A model generated the notes under the pieces. That model did no database searches, was not told the DNA's origin, and saw nothing but the letters and a program-made list of their open reading frames with translations. Shown here piece by piece: positions 9,278-18,471 of a stretch of DNA of 64,000 bases (position 1 is the first letter of the stretch; each line of letters begins with the position of its first letter). The stretch is taken from the NCBI GenBank assembly GCA_003278805.1, contig QCDC01000006.1:24646-88645 (forward strand), given 5' to 3'. The stretch comes from Pelagibacteraceae bacterium AG-349-L17. GTDB lineage: Bacteria; Pseudomonadota; Alphaproteobacteria; Pelagibacterales; Pelagibacteraceae. The position numbers and the translations under genes were made by a program.

Positions 9278-10270
9278 ATGAAAAAATTTATAAATAATGT
9301 TGACGACTTTTTAAAAGAAAGTCTCAATGGATTTGGTAAAGCTCATAGTGATATAATCAAAGTAAATTTTGAGCCAAACTTCATTTCTAGAAAAACAAAA
9401 ACCAAAGAAGGAAAAGTATCTTTAATTTCTGGTGGAGGGAGTGGACATGAACCAATGCACGGTGGTTTTGTTGGTTATGGAATGCTGGATGCAGCGTGTC
9501 CAGGTTTTGTTTTTTCAGCACCTACTCCAGATCAAATGCAAGCAGCCGCTGAAAATGTAGATAGCGGTGCTGGTGTTCTGTTCATAGTTAAAAATTATTC
9601 TGGTGATATTATGAATTTTCAAATGGGTGCTGAAATGTATTCAGGTAAAAATGATAGTATCATTACTAATGACGATGTGGCTGTTGAAGACTCTACTTTC
9701 ACAACTGGTAGAAGAGGTGTGGCTGCAACAGTTTTGGTCGAAAAGATTGTTGGATCACTAGCTGAGAGTGGAGGTTCGTTAGAAGAATGTAAAAAACTTG
9801 GTGAAAAAGTAAACAAAAACTCTGGAACTATGGGTGTTGCTTTTACTAGTTGCACAGTACCTGCTGCAGGCAAACCAACTTTTGATATTGGAAATGATGA
9901 AATGGAATTTGGAGTAGGTATACATGGTGAACCTGGAAGAAAGAGAGAAAAAATTCAACCATCAAAAACAATAGTCAATAATATGTTGGAAGCTATTCTT
10001 GATGATTTAAAACCACAAAAAAATGAAAAGACGCTTCTATTCATAAATGGTATGGGCGGAACTCCTCTCACTGAATTATATTTAGTATACGATGATGCTT
10101 GTGACATTTTAAAATCCAAAGGAATTGAAATCACAAGAAGTTTAGTTGGTAATTATTGTACATCACTTGAAATGCAAGGAGCATCAATAACACTCCTAAA
10201 ATGTGATGAGGAAATTTTAAAAAATTGGGATGCACCTGTGCATACTGCAGCTATGCGATGGGGTATGTAA
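9278..10270 (+). CDS. dhaK: Dihydroxyacetone kinase, substrate-binding subunit DhaK
   Basis: ISGGGSGHEPMHGGFVG and GVGIHGEPG (active-site His) motifs. SD aggagg lies upstream. Confidence 0.85.
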   Translation: MKKFINNVDDFLKESLNGFGKAHSDIIKVNFEPNFISRKTKTKEGKVSLISGGGSGHEPMHGGFVGYGMLDAACPGFVFSAPTPDQMQAAAENVDSGAGVLFIVKNYSGDIMNFQMGAEMYSGKNDSIITNDDVAVEDSTFTTGRRGVAATVLVEKIVGSLAESGGSLEECKKLGEKVNKNSGTMGVAFTSCTVPAAGKPTFDIGNDEMEFGVGIHGEPGRKREKIQPSKTIVNNMLEAILDDLKPQKNEKTLLFINGMGGTPLTELYLVYDDACDILKSKGIEITRSLVGNYCTSLEMQGASITLLKCDEEILKNWDAPVHTAAMRWGM

Positions 10271-10329
10271 AAAGTAATTTACATTTTTAATTAATTTTCG
10301 TATTAGAAAGACCTTATTCAAACTTAAAT

Positions 10330-11295
10330 ATGAGTAGTAAAAAAAAAATTTTAATTATTCAGCCTATTCATCCTGCTGGCATAAAATTATTAGAAGGTAA
10401 TTCTGATTATGAATTTGAAATAGTAGATAATACAGATAAAGAATTTTTAAAATCCAAGATAAGGGATTGTGATGGTATTTCTATAAGGACTGCAAAACTT
10501 ACTGGTGAAGTGATAGAAGGTTCAAATAAATTAAAAATTATTTCAAGACATGGTGTTGGTTATGACAATATAGACTTAGAGAGCACTAAAAAAAATAATA
10601 TCACTCTTGCGATTACAGCAACTGCAAACGCAGTAGCAGTAGCTGAACATGTAATGTTTATGCTGCTAAATATTTCTAAAAAAGGGAATATGTATGATGA
10701 AACAGTTAAAAGCGGCAAATTCAATGATCGAAATAAATTACCCAAAACAGTAGAATTGTGGAATAAAAATATATTGATTGCTGGTTTTGGTCGTATTGGA
10801 CAAGCTTTAATAAAAAGATGTCATGGATTTGAAATGAAAGTTTTTGTCTATGATCCATTTGTATCTAAAGAAATAATTGAAAAACACGGTGGTATAAAAG
10901 TAGATAGTTTAGAAGATGCCACTAAAAGCATGGATGCTATATCCCTTCATGTGCCACTCAATGAAAAAACTAAGAATATTATCAATTATGATTTACTAAA
11001 AAATATGAAAAAAAATTGCATTATAATCAATGCTTCAAGAGGTGGAGTTATAAATGAAATTGATCTAGATAAAGCTTTAAATGAAAATTTAATTCTTGGA
11101 GCTGGTTTAGATGTTTTTGAAATTGAACCACCTGATCCAAATAATCCTTTACTTAAAAATAATAAAGTATTTTTAAGTCCACACACTGCTGCGTTCACTG
11201 AGGAATGTATGACAAGGATGGGAAAAGAAACAATTCAAAATATAATTGATTTTTTTAATAAAAAGCTGGAAAAATCAAAAACTGTTAGATTATAG
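10330..11295 (+). CDS. D-isomer-specific 2-hydroxyacid dehydrogenase (glycerate/hydroxypyruvate reductase-like)
   Basis: NAD motif IAGFGRIGQAL, catalytic-region NASRGGVINE and SPHTAAFT. Confidence 0.8.
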   Translation: MSSKKKILIIQPIHPAGIKLLEGNSDYEFEIVDNTDKEFLKSKIRDCDGISIRTAKLTGEVIEGSNKLKIISRHGVGYDNIDLESTKKNNITLAITATANAVAVAEHVMFMLLNISKKGNMYDETVKSGKFNDRNKLPKTVELWNKNILIAGFGRIGQALIKRCHGFEMKVFVYDPFVSKEIIEKHGGIKVDSLEDATKSMDAISLHVPLNEKTKNIINYDLLKNMKKNCIIINASRGGVINEIDLDKALNENLILGAGLDVFEIEPPDPNNPLLKNNKVFLSPHTAAFTEECMTRMGKETIQNIIDFFNKKLEKSKTVRL

Positions 11296-11308
11296 AATAT
11301 AAAAATTA

Positions 11309-12211
11309 TTATTTTTTATAAATATTAACTCCACTCTTACCCAGGGTAGCTGTCAGATAATTATAACCAATTTTTGCGTATTCAAATGGATTAGCTTTGG
11401 CAGGATCTTGTTCTGCTTCTACAACTAGCCACCCTGAATAATTATTTTTTTTTAAAATATCAAATAAAGGTTTATAATCGATGCACCCATCACCTGGAAC
11501 TGTGAAAGCTCCCTCTAAAAAAGCTTCTCTAAAGCTAAAATCTTCTTTTAAAGATTTCTCTAATATATTTTTTCTTATATCTTTACAATGAATATGAATT
11601 ACTCTTTCACCAAAATTTTTTAAAATTTCTAACGAATTTCCTTGTGCAAATAGCATATGACCAGTGTCCAAAGTCAACTTAACAGTATCATCAGTATTTT
11701 CTAACAACCTTACTGTATCATCTTGACTTTCTATAACGGTACCCATGTGGTGATGGAAAGCAAGTGGCATTCCTTCGTCATGAAGATATTTTCCCATTTC
11801 TGAAATTTTTTCATAGTATTTCTTTGACTCTTCTAAATTCATTTTTGGCCTTGTGGACAATTTTTTATTTGGATCTCCTTGAATTGAACCAGATACTTCT
11901 GCAAAAACGATACAGGGTGAATTACAATCTTTAAATAATTTTAATTGAGCTTGAATTATAGATTTTTCTTCATCTACTGTATTTGTTCTTAAATTTGCTC
12001 CATACCATCCAGAACAAAGATTTAAATTAAATTTGTTTAAAATCGGAATTAACTCCTCGGATGTTTTAGGAAATTTTCCTCCAGACTCTATTCCTATAAA
12101 TCCTGCTTGTCTCGCTTCAGATAGACATTGTTCTAATGGTGTTTCACCTCCAAGTTCAGGCATATCATCATTACTCCAGGCTATTGGTGCAACTCCTAAT
12201 TTTACAGTCAT
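11309..12211 (-). CDS. iolE: Inosose dehydratase (myo-inosose-2 dehydratase) IolE-like
   Basis: LGVAPIAWSNDDMPELGG, HHHMGT, FTVPGDGCIDYKP and GWLVVEAEQDPAKANP closely follow the B. subtilis IolE sequence as I recall it. Confidence 0.8.
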   Translation of the reverse strand: MTVKLGVAPIAWSNDDMPELGGETPLEQCLSEARQAGFIGIESGGKFPKTSEELIPILNKFNLNLCSGWYGANLRTNTVDEEKSIIQAQLKLFKDCNSPCIVFAEVSGSIQGDPNKKLSTRPKMNLEESKKYYEKISEMGKYLHDEGMPLAFHHHMGTVIESQDDTVRLLENTDDTVKLTLDTGHMLFAQGNSLEILKNFGERVIHIHCKDIRKNILEKSLKEDFSFREAFLEGAFTVPGDGCIDYKPLFDILKKNNYSGWLVVEAEQDPAKANPFEYAKIGYNYLTATLGKSGVNIYKK

Positions 12212-12350
12212 AACTTTATTAATTTTTTATATTAATATTTATTCATAGAATATGGTTTAGTTGGCATCAAGAATATTTTATTTTTTAATAGTAGATGGTT
12301 TATTTCCAAAATGTACCTTGATTTATATTTTAATTCTGTTCTATTTTATT

Positions 12351-13352
12351 ATGCTAAATTTTTCTCTAATAGGTGCAGGTAGAATTGGATATATGCACGC
12401 GAAAATTATAAAAGCACACCCAAAATCTAACTTAAAATATGTTTATGATGTTAATTCTAAATTAGCAAATGATGTAGTTAAATTAACTGGCTGTGCAAAA
12501 GCTAAATCCCCAGAGCAAGCAATAAATTCAAAAGATATTGATGCAGTTTTAATAGCGTCAGCTACTCCAACTCATACTAAATTTATAACAACTGCAGCAA
12601 AAGCAGGAAAAGCAATATTCTGTGAAAAGCCAATTGATTTGAATATTAAAAAAGTGAATCAATGTGAAAATAATATTAAGAATTATAAAGTGCCAATACA
12701 GATTGGATTTAATAGGAGGTTTGACCTAAGTCATGCAAAAGTTCAAAAAGCTTGTTTAAATAAAGAAATTGGTGATTTGGAAATGGTTGTTATAACAAGT
12801 CGTGACCCTCAACCTCCAAGTATTGATTATTTAAAAGCTGCTGGAGGATTTTTCAGAGATGCCACAATTCATGATTTCGATTTAACCAGATTTATATTAG
12901 GAAATGATCCCGTAGTTCAAATTTCAGCATTTGGCGAAGCTCTGTTTGATAAAAATGCAAAAAAAATTAAAGATCAAGACACTGGAATGTTTATTTTGAA
13001 GTCCAAAAAAGGAGTTTTAATTCATATAAATAATTCAAGAAGAGCTGTATATGGATATGATCAAAGGGTTGAAATCTTTGGAAGCAAAGGAATGGTAATA
13101 TCAAATAACCAAGTTCCTAATTCAGTTGAAAAGTTCACAAATAAATCAACAAATATAAAAGATCCAATTCATTTTTTTTTTATGGAAAGATATGAAAAGG
13201 CATACAAAGATCAATTTAATGAATTTGTAAAATGTGTATTAAAAAAAACAAATCCCAAAGTTACATTTGACGATGGAAAGAAAGCGTTAATTATTGCAAA
13301 TGCTGCTTATAAATCTTTGAAAAGTGGAAAAGTTGTTAATATAAAATTTTAA
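12351..13352 (+). CDS. iolG: Inositol 2-dehydrogenase (IolG/IdhA-like, Gfo/Idh/MocA family)
   Basis: LIGAGRIGYMHAK, AGKAIFCEKPIDL, GFNRRFD, ITSRDPQPPSIDYLKAAGGFFRDATIHDFD and NSRRAVYGYDQRVEIFGSKG match rhizobial IdhA. I prefer the start at 12351, because the 30-codon extension from 12261 is hydrophobic junk. Confidence 0.8.
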   Translation: MLNFSLIGAGRIGYMHAKIIKAHPKSNLKYVYDVNSKLANDVVKLTGCAKAKSPEQAINSKDIDAVLIASATPTHTKFITTAAKAGKAIFCEKPIDLNIKKVNQCENNIKNYKVPIQIGFNRRFDLSHAKVQKACLNKEIGDLEMVVITSRDPQPPSIDYLKAAGGFFRDATIHDFDLTRFILGNDPVVQISAFGEALFDKNAKKIKDQDTGMFILKSKKGVLIHINNSRRAVYGYDQRVEIFGSKGMVISNNQVPNSVEKFTNKSTNIKDPIHFFFMERYEKAYKDQFNEFVKCVLKKTNPKVTFDDGKKALIIANAAYKSLKSGKVVNIKF

Positions 13353-13353
13353 C

Positions 13354-14331
13354 ATGAATAGTTTTTCATTAAAAAAAAATAAAATTAAAAATACTGGTGT
13401 TGAAGTTACTGAATTAAGCTTTGGTACATCTTCATTAGGAAGTATGCCAGATACTTATGGATATGAAGTGTCAGAGGAAAGAGCTTTAGAAACTCTGAGT
13501 AGATTTTTTGAAGGGCCAGTAAATATGCTTGATACATCAAGAAATTATGCAATGGGAGAGAGTGAAAAAAGAATTGGGAGTGCTATTAAAAAAATAGGAG
13601 GTTGGCCAAAAAATTTTGTTTTATCAACTAAAATTGACAGAGATATGAAAACACTTGTTCTAGACAAAAAAAGAACCAGAGAATCTATTGAGGAGAGTTT
13701 AAAAACAATGTCAGTGGATAAAGTAGACTTACTTTTTCTCCACGATCCTGAATATGTGAAAGATATTAATGATATTAAAAAAAAGGACGGCGCATTTGAC
13801 GAATTATTTAAGCTAAAGGAAGAAGGACTAACAAAAGCTGTAGGCTTAGCCATGGGAAAAATAGACATAATGTTTCCGATGATTAAAAATTGGGATTTTG
13901 ATGTTTTAATAAATCATAATAGGTATACTTTGCTTAACAGAGAAGCTAACGACATGTACGATTATGCTTACAGTAAAAATATAGCTATAATAAATGCCGC
14001 TCCCTATGCAGGAGGGGTTTTAGCGAAGGGACCTAGTAATTTCAAAAAAATAACCTACCAGGATGTTTCTGAGGAAAAATTAGCACCAGCTAGAGAAATT
14101 GAGAAAATTTGTAAAAATTATAATATTGAAATTGGAGCGGCAGCATTACAATTTTCAATGAGAGATAAAAGAATAACATCAACTCTCTGTGGTGTAACTA
14201 GCGTACAAAGTATTGAAAAAAACCTTGAATGGGCAAATTTAAATATTCCAAATCAATTTTGGGATGAAATACTTAAATTACCATATTCAAGCAGAGATCC
14301 TGAGGCTGAGAGAATTTATACACCAGGCTAG
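13354..14331 (+). CDS. Aldo/keto reductase
   Basis: LSFGTSSLG, LDTSRNYAMGESE, LFLHDPE and NAAPYAGG are AKR-typical motifs. It starts 1 nt after the iolG stop. Confidence 0.8.
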   Translation: MNSFSLKKNKIKNTGVEVTELSFGTSSLGSMPDTYGYEVSEERALETLSRFFEGPVNMLDTSRNYAMGESEKRIGSAIKKIGGWPKNFVLSTKIDRDMKTLVLDKKRTRESIEESLKTMSVDKVDLLFLHDPEYVKDINDIKKKDGAFDELFKLKEEGLTKAVGLAMGKIDIMFPMIKNWDFDVLINHNRYTLLNREANDMYDYAYSKNIAIINAAPYAGGVLAKGPSNFKKITYQDVSEEKLAPAREIEKICKNYNIEIGAAALQFSMRDKRITSTLCGVTSVQSIEKNLEWANLNIPNQFWDEILKLPYSSRDPEAERIYTPG

Positions 14332-14384
14332 TAGCATATTTCATTATTTTTGGATCGACTTAATCTGTTTAATTGTTTTTAATA

Positions 14385-15686
14385 TTAATTTTGAGTATTT
14401 CTTCTTTTCACAGCTTGAAATATATATTCCGAAAAAAAAATTTCACTCGTGATATCCTTATATGTCTGGTCATTAATTAATTTTGCATAATTTAACCAAT
14501 TATTCATAATCAAGATATCTCCCAAACAAACACCAGATAAGCTTCTACTAAAAAATTTTTTTCCTTTTTTACTTCCATTATAAATTTCATCATCAATCAA
14601 TTCTTCTTTATTTTTCCATTCTTTATTGTAATTCACCTTGCTCAAATTATTAATATCTTTATATCCAGGAAATGCTAAATCAAATTCTGTACATCCTCTT
14701 TTTATTGATAAATTAAAATTCTTTTCGATTAATTTAGTCATATAGGGCTCTAAAATATCAATAATTTTTTGCGCTTCTTCTACTGACCCACAATAAACAA
14801 GACCTTTATAGGTTCCTGGTATACCCGGTCTTAACTCGATAAATGACTTTCTAATATTATCATTAGGGAAATTAATTTGATCAAATATAAAATAAAGTTT
14901 CAACAATTGAACCACAGTTGTTAAATTAATTTGAACTTTGATACAACCAAAGCAATATTTTGGTATTATTTTGAATTTGTTAAATGCCTTATGATGTCGA
15001 TCACAATTTAGATTAAACCCATTTCTTCTGTGAATTTGTGAATCAAAGAAAGATAAATTTTTTAAGTTTTTCTTTAATATTTGATTACACTTTATTAAAT
15101 AATCATTCAATTCTCCTGGTGAAATTTTATTTAATATAGAAATTTTAATATCAATATTTTTAATATCGTTATTAACTCTAATGATTGAATTGTTTTCATC
15201 ATTTTTGGGATTAAAAAAATTCATTAAATGAATTAAATTATTTTGAGCTTGTAAATGATCTGAATTAAATTTCAAAGCATTCACATAATTTTTGACTGCT
15301 TGCTCATAATTTCCTAAATCATCATAATGAGTTGCTAAATTGTTATAAGCATTTGAATAGTCTTTTTTTATTTCTATTGCTTTATTATAATTTTCTACAG
15401 CTTTATCTTCTTTACCTAAATGACTGTAAGCAATCCCTATATTGTTATATGCCTCAACAAATTTATCATCACAATCAATAGCTTGTTGAAATACTTGAAC
15501 AGAATTCTCCCAATTTTCTAAACTTAAATTTATAAGCCCATTTAAGTTAAACAAAAAAGGTACATTTTTTTCTTTTTTTAAAAGTTTGTTAGACAATATT
15601 AATGCATCATCAAATTTTTTTTGTTTATAAAGATGTATTATTTCGTCAATTTCTGATTTATCTAAATTGTTGATTTTTAAATTCAT
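14385..15686 (-). CDS. TPR-repeat protein with an unassigned ~270-aa Cys-containing C-terminal domain
   Basis: Four to five TPR units in residues ~15-165 (e.g. AYNNIGIAYSHLGKEDKAVENYNKAIEIKKDY). The C-terminal part (CDRHHKAF, PKYCFGCIKV, YCGSVEEAQ) is not recognisable to me. Confidence 0.6.
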   Translation of the reverse strand: MNLKINNLDKSEIDEIIHLYKQKKFDDALILSNKLLKKEKNVPFLFNLNGLINLSLENWENSVQVFQQAIDCDDKFVEAYNNIGIAYSHLGKEDKAVENYNKAIEIKKDYSNAYNNLATHYDDLGNYEQAVKNYVNALKFNSDHLQAQNNLIHLMNFFNPKNDENNSIIRVNNDIKNIDIKISILNKISPGELNDYLIKCNQILKKNLKNLSFFDSQIHRRNGFNLNCDRHHKAFNKFKIIPKYCFGCIKVQINLTTVVQLLKLYFIFDQINFPNDNIRKSFIELRPGIPGTYKGLVYCGSVEEAQKIIDILEPYMTKLIEKNFNLSIKRGCTEFDLAFPGYKDINNLSKVNYNKEWKNKEELIDDEIYNGSKKGKKFFSRSLSGVCLGDILIMNNWLNYAKLINDQTYKDITSEIFFSEYIFQAVKRRNTQN

Positions 15687-15828
15687 ATTATAAAATTATA
15701 TATTTTATAATTATTTAATAAATCTAGCATTAGTTGAACATATACATTTAAACATAACATAACAAATATGTAATTTTCTCATTGATGTTTTTTTTCTTAT
15801 GATGTTAAATTTAAGTAAAGGAGGAACT

Positions 15829-16155
15829 ATGGCTAAATTTATAGTAATGGGCAATTACACAGCCCAAGCTTTTAAAGGATTTATAGGTAATCCAGATCAA
15901 GACAGATCTGCAGCGGCCACCGCTTTATCAGAAGCAGTGGGAGGTAAAATGGAGTCTTTTATGATCACAAGAGGAGCGTACGATTTTGTAGGAGTTGTGA
16001 GTGGTAGTATTGGATTTGAAGGCGCAGCAGCAGTTAAGTTAGCAGTTGAAGCTTCTGGAGCTATAACAAATTTTACCATATTAGAAGAAATGGACATGGG
16101 TAAAGCTGCTGGCATGGCATCAAAAGCTATGGCTAATTATAAACCAGCAGGTTAA
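15829..16155 (+). CDS. GYD domain-containing protein
   Basis: MAKFIVMGNYT...ESFMITRGAYDFVGVV...AVEASGAI matches the GYD-family pattern. A strong SD aaaggagg lies 5 nt upstream of the ATG at 15829. Confidence 0.65.
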   Translation: MAKFIVMGNYTAQAFKGFIGNPDQDRSAAATALSEAVGGKMESFMITRGAYDFVGVVSGSIGFEGAAAVKLAVEASGAITNFTILEEMDMGKAAGMASKAMANYKPAG

Positions 16156-16175
16156 GGCAAGATTTTAAGTTAATT

Positions 16176-16206
16176 CTATCATGATTAATTTTATTAATTA
16201 TGATAG
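16176..16206 (+). terminator. Hairpin after the GYD gene (possible weak terminator)
   Basis: CTATCATgATT...AATtATGATAG inverted repeat. The downstream tail ctttaactt is only weakly U-rich. Confidence 0.3.
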
Positions 16207-16217
16207 CTTTAACTTAA

Positions 16218-17210
16218 ATGAAAATGTTAAGAGATAGTTTTGGTAGGACTTTTCCATATATAAGACTTTCGATTACCGATGTATGTAATTTTAGGTGTGG
16301 GTACTGTTTACCTAATGGCTATCAAATTGATAAGAGCGATAACAGAAAATTTCTTCACTTAGAGGAAATTAGACGTCTAGCAAAAGTTTTTTCAAAATTG
16401 GGTGTATGCAAAATTAGACTTACTGGAGGTGAACCAACGGTAAGAAAAGATTTTTTTGATATAATCAAGATATTAAAAAATGAAGCTGGAATAAAAAAAG
16501 TTGTAATTACCACAAACGGCTATCATTTAGATAAAAAAGCAGAGATGTTAGTGGATAGTGGCCTAAACGGCATTAATATCAGCATTGATAGTCTAGATAG
16601 AAATACATTCAAAAATGTTACAGGTCATGATCGATTACCAGAGATTTTAAAAGGAATTAATATCCTACAAGATTTAAATTTTGAAAATATTAAGATCAAT
16701 GCAGTTCTTTTAAATGGAATAAATGCCTCAGACAAAGATTTTGAGTCTTGGGGAGAATTTATAAAAAAGAACAAAGTGGATTTTCGATATATAGAGTTAA
16801 TGCAAACAGGTGATAACCTAGATTATTTTAAAAAATACCATGTATCTTCAAAAATCTTCAAAGAATACTTAAATAAAAATAATTGGATTTATCAAACTTT
16901 GGGTAGAGATGCTGGGCCGTCACTAAATTATATCAATCCAGAATATAAAGGGAAATTTGGAATCATAGCACCCTACTCTAAAGATTTTTGCAGAAGCTGT
17001 AATAGATTAAGAATTACATCAAGAGGAGATCTTAGATTATGCCTATTTGGAAATACTGGAATAAGTATAAGACATTTATTACAAAAAGATGATCAAATTG
17101 ATGAATTACAAAATCTTATAATGGATCAAATGAAATTTAAAAAAGAATCTCACCATTTGGAACTTGGTGAAACTGGTTTAACTAAAAATTTATCTACCAC
17201 GGGTGGCTAA
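16218..17210 (+). CDS. moaA: GTP 3',8-cyclase MoaA (radical SAM)
   Basis: RLSITDVCNFRCGYCLP radical-SAM cluster motif, C-terminal CRSCNRLRITSRGDLRLCLF and a GG tail. Confidence 0.9.
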   Translation: MKMLRDSFGRTFPYIRLSITDVCNFRCGYCLPNGYQIDKSDNRKFLHLEEIRRLAKVFSKLGVCKIRLTGGEPTVRKDFFDIIKILKNEAGIKKVVITTNGYHLDKKAEMLVDSGLNGINISIDSLDRNTFKNVTGHDRLPEILKGINILQDLNFENIKINAVLLNGINASDKDFESWGEFIKKNKVDFRYIELMQTGDNLDYFKKYHVSSKIFKEYLNKNNWIYQTLGRDAGPSLNYINPEYKGKFGIIAPYSKDFCRSCNRLRITSRGDLRLCLFGNTGISIRHLLQKDDQIDELQNLIMDQMKFKKESHHLELGETGLTKNLSTTGG

Positions 17211-17755
17211 TGTCAAAATTAAAAATTATAAATCAAGAAGAGCTTAAAGATTGGGCAAAAGAAATATTTCAAAAAAACTCTTTCAATATGGTTGATGTTT
17301 CTTCAAAAAAAGAAACTTTTAGAAGAGCACTTGCATCAGGTAAAATTTATGTTGGAAAAAAGGTTTTTGATCTAATTAAAAATAAGAAGATGCCTAAAGG
17401 AGATCCCATTACTTTAGCTGAAGTATCAGCTGTGTTGGGTGTAAAAAAAACAAGCGAACTTATTCCTCTATGTCACCCACTTCCAATTGACCACACGGCA
17501 ACTAAAATAATTATGAATGAATTAGACAGTTCATTAGAGGTTTATTGTGTAGTTTCTGCAGTAGCAAAAACAGGTGTTGAGATGGAAGCTATAATGGGAG
17601 TTAACTCTGCCTTAATTACAATTTATGATTTAAGCAAAATAGTAAATCCACATCTTAAGATTGATAACGTAAAATTATTAATTAAAGAGGGTGGAAAAAG
17701 TGGGTTATGGAAAAACCCTGATGGGCTACCAGATTTTTTAAAGAATATTTTTTAA
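17210..17755 (+). CDS. moaC: Cyclic pyranopterin monophosphate synthase MoaC
   Basis: LIPLCHPLPI and TGVEMEAIMG motifs. TAATG coupling to moaA. Confidence 0.9.
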   Translation: MSKLKIINQEELKDWAKEIFQKNSFNMVDVSSKKETFRRALASGKIYVGKKVFDLIKNKKMPKGDPITLAEVSAVLGVKKTSELIPLCHPLPIDHTATKIIMNELDSSLEVYCVVSAVAKTGVEMEAIMGVNSALITIYDLSKIVNPHLKIDNVKLLIKEGGKSGLWKNPDGLPDFLKNIF

Positions 17756-18024
17756 TGAAAATATCAGTTGAACTATTTGGCGCGGCTAGAGAATTTAGTA
17801 ATAAATCACATATAGACTTTGAAGTAATAGAAAATTCCTCAATTAAAGATCTTAGAAACCAGATGATAGATTTTGTTGATTTAAATTTTAAAGGGAATGA
17901 AACTTTCAAAAGAATTATTAAATCATCAGCTTTTTGTTCATCTGATGATAAAATTGTCTCAGATAATTATAAAATAGTTAAAAAACAAAACTTTAGCATT
18001 ATACCTCCTATAGGAGGCGGTTAA
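17755..18024 (+). CDS. moaD: Molybdopterin synthase sulfur-carrier subunit MoaD
   Basis: 89 aa ubiquitin-like protein ending PPIGGG. Lies between moaC and moaE. Confidence 0.8.
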   Translation: MKISVELFGAAREFSNKSHIDFEVIENSSIKDLRNQMIDFVDLNFKGNETFKRIIKSSAFCSSDDKIVSDNYKIVKKQNFSIIPPIGGG

Positions 18025-18470
18025 TGCTACATACTAAAATTATTGATGCTTCAAAAGTAGAGAAGATAGAAATTTCAAAAGCAGAAAATTTTTTAAACCA
18101 ATCAAAATTTGGAGCTGTAATATATTTTGTTGGGACTGTAAGAGATTTAAATGAAAATAAAAAAGTTACTGGTATTACCTACGATGCCAAAGAAAGTATG
18201 GTTATCAAAAGTTTTGAAGAAATTTATGAGGAAGTAGATAAGAAGTTAAATATTAAAGAAAAAGCAGTATTTATTGAGCATGTTAAAGGATATGTGAGTT
18301 TAAAAGAAAAAAGTATTATTATTGGTGTAGCATGCAAACATAGAGATCAAGCATTTGCGTTATCTAGATATATAATTGAAGAAATTAAAAAAAGATCTCC
18401 GATTTGGAAAAAAGAACATTATAAAAATGAGGATAGCGAGTGGCTGAAAGGAATATCTCTAAATAATTAA
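18024..18470 (+). CDS. moaE: Molybdopterin synthase catalytic subunit MoaE
   Basis: GAVIYFVGTVRD and PIWKKEHY motifs. TAATG coupling to moaD. Confidence 0.85.
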   Translation: MLHTKIIDASKVEKIEISKAENFLNQSKFGAVIYFVGTVRDLNENKKVTGITYDAKESMVIKSFEEIYEEVDKKLNIKEKAVFIEHVKGYVSLKEKSIIIGVACKHRDQAFALSRYIIEEIKKRSPIWKKEHYKNEDSEWLKGISLNN

Positions 18471-18471
18471 A

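Noticed and set aside
12261-12350. Long N-terminal extensions implied by the ORF-track starts: iolG 12261, thiS 50308, coxS 25249, sufC 36384, GYD 15799, dhaL 8616, and the small membrane ORF 6251.
   Set aside because: The extensions are hydrophobic or nonsense-like, overlap neighbouring genes, and exceed normal family lengths. Internal ATGs give canonical N-termini, often with an SD or stop/start coupling.
14264-14452. 62-aa ORF bridging the 3' ends of the AKR and TPR genes.
   Set aside because: It overlaps both flanking genes and is a nonsense-like hydrophobic sequence. It is a product of the AT-rich convergent junction.
16156-16217. Possible Moco riboswitch upstream of moaA.
   Set aside because: The spacer is only 62 nt, while the Moco RNA motif needs well over 100 nt. 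It contains just one simple hairpin, which is better explained as the 3' end of the GYD gene.
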